DNA of 63,568 nt from Candidatus Bruticola sp. (GTDB lineage: Bacteria > Vulcanimicrobiota > Xenobia > Xenobiales > Xenobiaceae): NCBI GenBank assembly GCA_051874735.1, contig JBJEGD010000005.1, positions 1 through 63,568 of the forward strand. The letters are read 5' to 3'. The notes under the pieces were generated by a model. The model was not told where the DNA came from and did not search any database. It was given only the letters and a program-made list of their open reading frames with translations. Below are positions 57,514 through 63,568 of the stretch, piece by piece (within the stretch, counting starts at the first letter, position 1; each line of letters opens with the position of its first letter). The position numbers were made by a program, and so were the translations under genes.

Positions 57514-60030
57514 TCACTTCTCTAACGACTCAGCTAACTTTTTGATACTGTTGTCCTGAGGATAAAAAGAAGCAGCCACTTTTAGGAAACACAACGCCTT
57601 AACCTTTTCCTTGTCTGCATTTTGTCTATTTCCCGCTTCAGCAGAAATCTTACTTTGTTCAACAAAATAAACAGCAGCATCTTTTAAACTGTGTTTCAAG
57701 GAACTGTCGAATTTACAAGCTTTAATCAAACTGCGTTCTGCTTCTGCGACATTATCTTCTGCTATAGCCAATTCAAATCGCAGCAAACAACAGGAAGCCA
57801 TTTTACTATTTATTAGCTTGTAACGAAAATCAAAAAAATGGCTCTGATTCAACAACTCTTCAGGAAAAGCTAGCCAAGCCTGATCTAAAACCGCCTTGGC
57901 CTCTTTAAGGCGCCCCTGTTTTGAATATACTCTAGCTAAACTGGTATAAATATCTGGGAAATTTTTCCTGTCCAGCTCCAAAGAACGCTTATAGCACAGT
58001 TCAGCTCCAGATAAATCGTCGGACAATTCTAATCCCTGTCCAAGCATACTCTGCACAGAAGCCCGATATGGATCAAGACGCGCGGCCTGCATAGCACAAA
58101 AACGTATACTTGCAGCCACAGACTTAGCTTTATCTTCACTATTGCATTGATTTAAAGTTAAAGCGGCCATCTGACGCCAATACTCACCTATATTGGGATC
58201 ATATTCAGAAGCCCAACTGTAACACTGCCTAGCTTTTTCCGGCTCATTCATATCGAGGAAAATTTTCCCAATAGTGCTGTAATATTGTCCTCCCCAGGCT
58301 TGGCCAGATAAGCAAAACATCAATATAACAGCAGCTGCGGGTATGCAGTTGTAACTAATAAAATATCGACTGCCACCACTCCAAATTTTTCCCTCACCAA
58401 GAGTATTAGCCAAGCATTCATCTTTACTAGGAATTCCCCAAGCTATCCCCAGCAAAGCAGCTCCCCAAAGTGGAAAAATTAACACATGACTATCTATATC
58501 TACTTGAGTATGAATTAGAAGTAAGGCCGCTCCTAACGCACAGGCAAAACGGAGTTGAGACATAAATAGAGCATCAGTTTTAAGTTTGTTTATGATTTGC
58601 GCGTAAATAAAAGCAAGCAAACTATAAAAAATTACAAATGAAGGCAAACCTCCTTCAGCTAATAAATCACAGCTCAAGGAATGCGAACGCTTCGAAAACC
58701 AACGGAAATCAGTCTGAAACAAAGGATAATACCGTTCAAAATTACCGGCTCCCACGCCCAACCACGGATATTCTTTGGCAATTTGCAAAGAGGCATTATA
58801 GAATTGAACTCTGGAAACTAAAGAAGTATCTCTAACTGAGCCCAATTCCTGCAGATGGCGGTTACCTTTAGCGGCCATAGAGCTACTTTGTAAAAATAAC
58901 ATAATTAATGATATGATAACAAGTGACGATCCAAGCAAAATAGCTGTTAATTTGCCACCCTTGCAGCTGCTTAGAAAAACTTTATAAGCAATAACGGCGG
59001 CTACCGCTAAACAAACTAAGGCAGCAAAAACGAAACGAGAAACTATAAATACAGAAAAAGTCAGCAAAAAACAAACTAAACAGGCTACTATGGCCCCTCG
59101 CCCAGCTGGACGACCTTGTTTAGATAAATAAGCCGTAGCCCACAAAGAAGCGACCAAGGCACAACAACATAGTATTAGACATGAGCGGCTGTAAGTTAAA
59201 ATTAAAGTGCTTAAATCTAAAAATACAAAAATAATTTGATAAAAAATTGACTTGACCAAAGAAGAATTGAGCTCATTTGTAGGCGGAACTTGCACCTTGC
59301 GGCAGTAATCAGATAGACGCACAATCCCCAAAGGAAGAACTAAAAGCAGAAAAACTGCAAATAAATTTTTATTATAAAAACTGCCAGAGATTCCATCACT
59401 CACAGGGTTGCACAAAAAAAGCAACCACGATCCTACTATGACGGCACAAGCCACAGCCTGTAAGAATGAAGCTACCACCGTCACTACACTTTCAGCAGAT
59501 TGCTGTGCTTCCTTATCTCCCTTTGAACCGTTGTGCCCTTTAAAGGAGAACTCTCGGCTCATAGAAGCTATCAGCAAAAAGAAAATAGCGGAAGCAGCGT
59601 AAGAGCACACACTTAGCATACTCTCATAGGCACAGACACTAAAATGGGCAGAAATTGCTCCCCATAGAACCAGCAGGCACACTCCCATGCCTACGTAGAT
59701 GCCTTTCTCAGTTCGCAAACGAGGAACGGCAAGCCAAAGCAAGGAGGCCACTCCAACGAGCATAATCAATGCGCCTTGTCCCATACTCATCATAGCTCCG
59801 GAGTCGGAATCTAGGACAACATGCTTAACAAAATCTAGCAGACTGAGAGATGAAGTAGGAGCAGCACTGAGCGCGCCGTTACTATAAGCCTGAGCTAACG
59901 CTGTAACAGCAGGAAAGGCCAGAATACCAGCAACAACAGCTAAAGCACCGTAAGTGCTTATATTAAAAACAACGCGCTCCGCTTTCAAATTAACACAAAC
60001 CAGCCAATTCAGTTTTGCAACGCTCTGCAC
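57514..60030 (-). CDS. O-antigen ligase / O-oligosaccharyltransferase (Wzy_C) family protein with C-terminal TPRs
   Basis: SFYNKN.FA.FL, LTYSR, SR..FY, PWLGVG.GNF, HS....LLAEGG; TPR tail. Start uncertain. Confidence 0.8.
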   Translation of the reverse strand: MQSVAKLNWLVCVNLKAERVVFNISTYGALAVVAGILAFPAVTALAQAYSNGALSAAPTSSLSLLDFVKHVVLDSDSGAMMSMGQGALIMLVGVASLLWLAVPRLRTEKGIYVGMGVCLLVLWGAISAHFSVCAYESMLSVCSYAASAIFFLLIASMSREFSFKGHNGSKGDKEAQQSAESVVTVVASFLQAVACAVIVGSWLLFLCNPVSDGISGSFYNKNLFAVFLLLVLPLGIVRLSDYCRKVQVPPTNELNSSLVKSIFYQIIFVFLDLSTLILTYSRSCLILCCCALVASLWATAYLSKQGRPAGRGAIVACLVCFLLTFSVFIVSRFVFAALVCLAVAAVIAYKVFLSSCKGGKLTAILLGSSLVIISLIMLFLQSSSMAAKGNRHLQELGSVRDTSLVSRVQFYNASLQIAKEYPWLGVGAGNFERYYPLFQTDFRWFSKRSHSLSCDLLAEGGLPSFVIFYSLLAFIYAQIINKLKTDALFMSQLRFACALGAALLLIHTQVDIDSHVLIFPLWGAALLGIAWGIPSKDECLANTLGEGKIWSGGSRYFISYNCIPAAAVILMFCLSGQAWGGQYYSTIGKIFLDMNEPEKARQCYSWASEYDPNIGEYWRQMAALTLNQCNSEDKAKSVAASIRFCAMQAARLDPYRASVQSMLGQGLELSDDLSGAELCYKRSLELDRKNFPDIYTSLARVYSKQGRLKEAKAVLDQAWLAFPEELLNQSHFFDFRYKLINSKMASCCLLRFELAIAEDNVAEAERSLIKACKFDSSLKHSLKDAAVYFVEQSKISAEAGNRQNADKEKVKALCFLKVAASFYPQDNSIKKLAESLEK

Positions 60031-61648
60031 GCTGACGCAATACGCCCAAAGTTACGGAACGTCCGTCTACCAACATATAGTAAGTGTCATTAATTTGCTG
60101 CAAAATAACAGAACTATTCTTACTCTCACTCACAAAAGTAACTAAACGTATTTGACCATCACTACTGACAGACTTAAGGAAATTAGCAACTTTAGCAGCG
60201 ACCTCTTCGGCCTTTTCAAAGTCTCCTTCTACGGCAGCAATACGTCCGTGAGCCGTTAAGACCATCGCCCTCACACTACCTTTTATTTTGCACATATAGG
60301 CCAAGAACTCACTGAAGAGCACTTCTCTAGCTAAGACCTCTTCAGAAGGTTGCTCAGGTATAGCTTCCTCTACTACTTCAGCTTTCTCAACATCTGGCAC
60401 TAATACTTCTGTGGCTGCTGTTACATCAGCTGAACATTCATCGGATTTATGCTCAGGTTCAGTTGCTGCAGTCTCGACCTCAGTATTCTCATTTTCCGCA
60501 ACAGAAGTATTATTAACAAGGGGCTCCTTATCGTCAGGCGATGCAACTTCTACAACTTCACTATTGGCTAAATCTACCTCAGCCTCTTCTTCTACCGCAG
60601 AAGTTGCCTCAACGATATCAGTAGCTTCCGCAGCTAAAGTTTCAATCTGGGATGCAGGCTCTTCAGCTTCAAGCGCAGTCGACACTTCCGAATTATCGGC
60701 AGAAACACTCTCAGGTACTTCCGCAGTCTCCGCTACATTAACCTCAACGCTTTCCTCCGCTTCAGCTGTACCTTCCTTTGATTCAATTTCAGGCGCAGAT
60801 TCAACAGTTTCAGCAGCGAACTCAGCTTCAGTAGCAGCTACCGCATGGCGCTCTTTACCGCGACGGCGCTTAGACTTTTTACTCTTTTTAGAGTGATTCT
60901 CTTCAGCTTCGACCACAGCCTCAGATTCTGTTTCAACAGAAGAGCCCGCGGACTGACCAGCAGCGACTTTATCAATGCTTACAGTCGTATCAGCTTCAAT
61001 TGCCTTAACTTCAATTGCTTTAACAGATCCGCTTTTCTCTTCAGGGAGGAAGCCAGGCATATCGATAGCCAGCAACTCCCAACCGCTCATTATTTCTAAA
61101 TTTACATTTATGCGATCAACACGCTTCTGAGCTTCCCTAAGGCAGTACAGCACAATAGGCTCAGGATCATTGACGCCATTAGCAGCAATGGCCTCATATT
61201 CTTGAACTTCACGTTTATACAAATCACGCTCGTTGCGCACGTTGATCATCTCATCTCCCAAAGCAGCTCTAGAAGGAACAAACGCTAAACGAGGCGCCAA
61301 GTCATCAGGAATATCTTCTTTATCCTTCAAAAGATGAAGAAGCACATGAGCACCGATATTGATAGAATCTAATTTAAAAACACGGCGCAGCTCCTCATAA
61401 GATTCGCGATAAAGAGATTGCAAATAGAAAATTTGCGCTAAAGCCAGATGAGCATCAGCGGTATCTTTTTGCTGAATTGCTTTCTGGAAAGTAACTAAGG
61501 CCTCGAAACGCAAATCGCGACGCAGACAATCCAGTGCGTAAGTAAGCATTAAATCGACATTATTGGGATCACTGTCCAGTAAACGGCGATTCCTCTGAAT
61601 TTGCCTTTCCAGAGTAGTCATTACTTCCATTTTATTATCCGGCCTCAC
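59990..61648 (-). CDS. TPR + acidic linker + C-terminal Roadblock/LC7-like protein
   Basis: N-terminal TPRs; Glu/Ala-rich linker; C-terminal IKGSVRAMVLTAHGRI ... LGVLR pattern. Confidence 0.65.
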   Translation of the reverse strand: MRPDNKMEVMTTLERQIQRNRRLLDSDPNNVDLMLTYALDCLRRDLRFEALVTFQKAIQQKDTADAHLALAQIFYLQSLYRESYEELRRVFKLDSINIGAHVLLHLLKDKEDIPDDLAPRLAFVPSRAALGDEMINVRNERDLYKREVQEYEAIAANGVNDPEPIVLYCLREAQKRVDRINVNLEIMSGWELLAIDMPGFLPEEKSGSVKAIEVKAIEADTTVSIDKVAAGQSAGSSVETESEAVVEAEENHSKKSKKSKRRRGKERHAVAATEAEFAAETVESAPEIESKEGTAEAEESVEVNVAETAEVPESVSADNSEVSTALEAEEPASQIETLAAEATDIVEATSAVEEEAEVDLANSEVVEVASPDDKEPLVNNTSVAENENTEVETAATEPEHKSDECSADVTAATEVLVPDVEKAEVVEEAIPEQPSEEVLAREVLFSEFLAYMCKIKGSVRAMVLTAHGRIAAVEGDFEKAEEVAAKVANFLKSVSSDGQIRLVTFVSESKNSSVILQQINDTYYMLVDGRSVTLGVLRQRAERCKTELAGLC

Positions 61649-61717
61649 TATTCCTCATTTAATTATCAAGAACAAAACTCGACTCGCAGCTATTAACCGA
61701 ATTTTTCCAAAAATTAG

Positions 61718-62077
61718 CTAAGGCAAAGCTGCTTCCATATTTTTTTTACTTTTGCGAATCTCTAAGCGCACGCGCCCCTGATTGCTGTTATCACTACTAG
61801 TGAAAACAACTAACATAGCCCCGCCGGTTAAAACTTCTATCATGAGCTGTTTATCATCGATAATCAGATGATGCCTATCAACTCCAGTAATACCAAGCCC
61901 GGACACAAGAGCTTCTAACTTGGGTACAAACTCCTTAAAAGAAACGGCTACAGTATCGTTTTTTACTGAATCATTCAAATTTTCTGCCAAAATTTCATAA
62001 TCTTTACTAAGGATGCAAGCCCCCAGTACCCCATCCAAACGCTGAAAACTTTGCAACAGAGATGCCAGTTGAGACAT
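61718..62077 (-). CDS. Roadblock/LC7 (MglB-like) protein
   Basis: LDGVLGACILSKD..ILA ... LVVFT....NQGRVRLEI; GGAGG RBS. Confidence 0.85.
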   Translation of the reverse strand: MSQLASLLQSFQRLDGVLGACILSKDYEILAENLNDSVKNDTVAVSFKEFVPKLEALVSGLGITGVDRHHLIIDDKQLMIEVLTGGAMLVVFTSSDNSNQGRVRLEIRKSKKNMEAALP

Positions 62078-62184
62078 ACTCTCCCTCCTTCCAAATATTT
62101 ATCATTTGATCGAACAAAATGGTCGGACGCCCTCCTAAAGCAATAGAGTACAGCACTAAGAATAAGCGCCGACATCATTAAGTT

Positions 62185-63078
62185 TTACAGAGGACGAATA
62201 GAGATATTATCTCCTTCAGCAAGTCCCATCTTCTTCATCATAGCAGGCGTCAAACCGGCACGATCGCCGAATTTAGAACCAGCTTGACATCTGTATTCAT
62301 AAATAGAACCGTCCGGAGTCTCAATCTCAACAGAGAATGTAGACTTAATATCGGCGATATTCCATTCACGCACAATATAGTTATCGACTTTTACAACATC
62401 ATTAGCGCGCAAAAATCCACCATCAGACTTGACAATCAAGGTTTTGATCTTCTCAAGTTCTTCTTCCTTGGCACTGCGCTTTACCTCAATTTCTTCCACA
62501 CGCTCAGCAAAAATACTCATAGTGGCACCTTCACTATCGAATTCAAAATTGAGTATGCGCTCCACAGCCTCAGCACCGCTGAGAATTTCTCCGTAATTAT
62601 AGCAAAAACGATCACGCACAATCTCGCCATTATCTATAGCTAAATAATACGTACCTTCACGAGTGGACAGCTTCATTAAACCGCTGTAACCACCATCCTG
62701 CATCTTTTCTAAAATGCGCGGCATATCACGTTTCTTAGCTTCATAGTCGAGATAAAGAGGCTGAAAAGCGAAAATACCTGTCAAGACATTGACTATGCAC
62801 TTGGAAGTGACATAACTAGAGCACTTGATATTGTCAAGCTTAATACGATTGAGAAGACGCTGTTCCAACTGTAAGCTAACTAAGCCGGTAGCGTTATCAA
62901 CTTCCAACACTTGAACTACAGTACCATTATCATAGAAAATGTAGGCAGAAGAATTTTCCAGATCTAACTTAACATAGCCAGTGAAGCCGTCATTGGATAA
63001 GTTAGCCTGCATTTCACGCATATTGTCGTATGACAATTCTACGTCTTCGATTAATATGTTGCCTTTAGGGATATACAA
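62185..63078 (-). CDS. DUF2226/DUF4388-like tandem domain protein with C-terminal double-psi-barrel-like domain
   Basis: Two repeats (GFTGYVKL..AYIFYDNG; GYSGLMKL..YLAIDNG); tail MMKKMGLAEGDNISIRP; TTG start with GGAGG. Confidence 0.6.
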   Translation of the reverse strand: MYIPKGNILIEDVELSYDNMREMQANLSNDGFTGYVKLDLENSSAYIFYDNGTVVQVLEVDNATGLVSLQLEQRLLNRIKLDNIKCSSYVTSKCIVNVLTGIFAFQPLYLDYEAKKRDMPRILEKMQDGGYSGLMKLSTREGTYYLAIDNGEIVRDRFCYNYGEILSGAEAVERILNFEFDSEGATMSIFAERVEEIEVKRSAKEEELEKIKTLIVKSDGGFLRANDVVKVDNYIVREWNIADIKSTFSVEIETPDGSIYEYRCQAGSKFGDRAGLTPAMMKKMGLAEGDNISIRPL

Positions 63079-63107
63079 CTGGACATCCTCCGTCGAACTT
63101 CACACTG

Positions 63108-63568
63108 TTAAGGATTAGCAGGGGGTAAACCACTGCGCTTAATATCTAAAGATTGGCTTCTGGGAGACCCGGGAGCCACGCCTTTGTTCTCCATGCCGTT
63201 GGCTAAAGCTTTCCAAGAATCTCCAGCTTTAGCTGCTTCAGCTGAACTAGCAGTTCCTCTAGCAGCTCCCAGATGAACAGTAGGTCTAGCCGCCCCAACA
63301 TTAGTAGGGACTGCAGTAGAGCGGTTAACTCCCCCCCCTGGTCCCACTCCTAAACCTCCATGCTTAGGCGGAGCGAAACCAGCTGGGCCGGATACAGGAG
63401 ACTTCGGCGGAGCAAAACCAGCTGGACCGGATACAGGAGACTTCGGCGGAGCAAAACCAGCTGGGCCGGATACAGGAGATCTCGGCGGAGCAAAACCAGC
63501 TGGGCCGGATACAGGAGACTTCGGCGGAGCAAAACCTACGGCGCCAGAAGTAGGAGACTTCGGCGGAG
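63108..63568 (-). CDS. 3' end of a Pro/Gly-rich repeat protein (truncated by the window edge)
   Basis: The frame of ORF 63108..63347 stays open to the window end and reads (PPKSPVSGPAGFA)n-PPKHGGLGVGPGGG... Confidence 0.8.
   Translation of the reverse strand, partial: PPKSPTSGAVGFAPPKSPVSGPAGFAPPRSPVSGPAGFAPPKSPVSGPAGFAPPKSPVSGPAGFAPPKHGGLGVGPGGGVNRSTAVPTNVGAARPTVHLGAARGTASSAEAAKAGDSWKALANGMENKGVAPGSPRSQSLDIKRSGLPPANP
63367..63568. repeat. 39-bp coding tandem repeat, at least 5 units
   Basis: GGCGGAGCAAAACCAGCTGGGCCGGATACAGGAGACTTC repeated with few substitutions. Confidence 0.95.

Noticed and set aside
63350-63532. 60-aa ORF (LLRRSLLYPAQLV repeats), or a CRISPR array
   Set aside because: It is an alternative frame of the 39-bp coding repeat. 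The units are contiguous with no unique spacers, and there are no cas genes.

Overview
Bacterial chromosomal window of moderately low GC, densely coding. I see no rRNA, CRISPR array, integrase or transposase. Housekeeping genes: thyA, uppP, gdhA, dut, rnhA, lon, plsC-like, comEC, and a tRNA-Gly/Thr/Thr-rpmG-secE-nusG-rplK-rplA block that lacks tuf and rplJL. There are six tRNA genes, including duplicated Thr(GGT) and Ala(GGC). Accessory systems: a Wsp/Frz-like chemosensory operon, a complete oleABCD olefin/beta-lactone cluster, an RTX-repeat M91 metalloprotease, and the 3' part of a Roadblock/TPR/O-oligosaccharyltransferase operon. Best leads for undescribed biology: (i) an RRE-radical SAM/SPASM enzyme behind a 97-aa Cys-rich ORF; (ii) an RRE/SPASM 'pseudo-radical SAM' protein divergent from an HxsC-like radical SAM and co-oriented with lon and a catalytically dead rhomboid; (iii) a PmtA-like/Psd fusion; (iv) the Roadblock module; (v) an unassigned structured RNA leader upstream of a LysM-NlpC/P60 gene. 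All family calls come from motif recognition by eye, not from database searches. The lineage cannot be fixed from this window; SpoVG-like genes, a Zn-ribbon L33 and an L1 site before rplA are loosely Terrabacteria-like.
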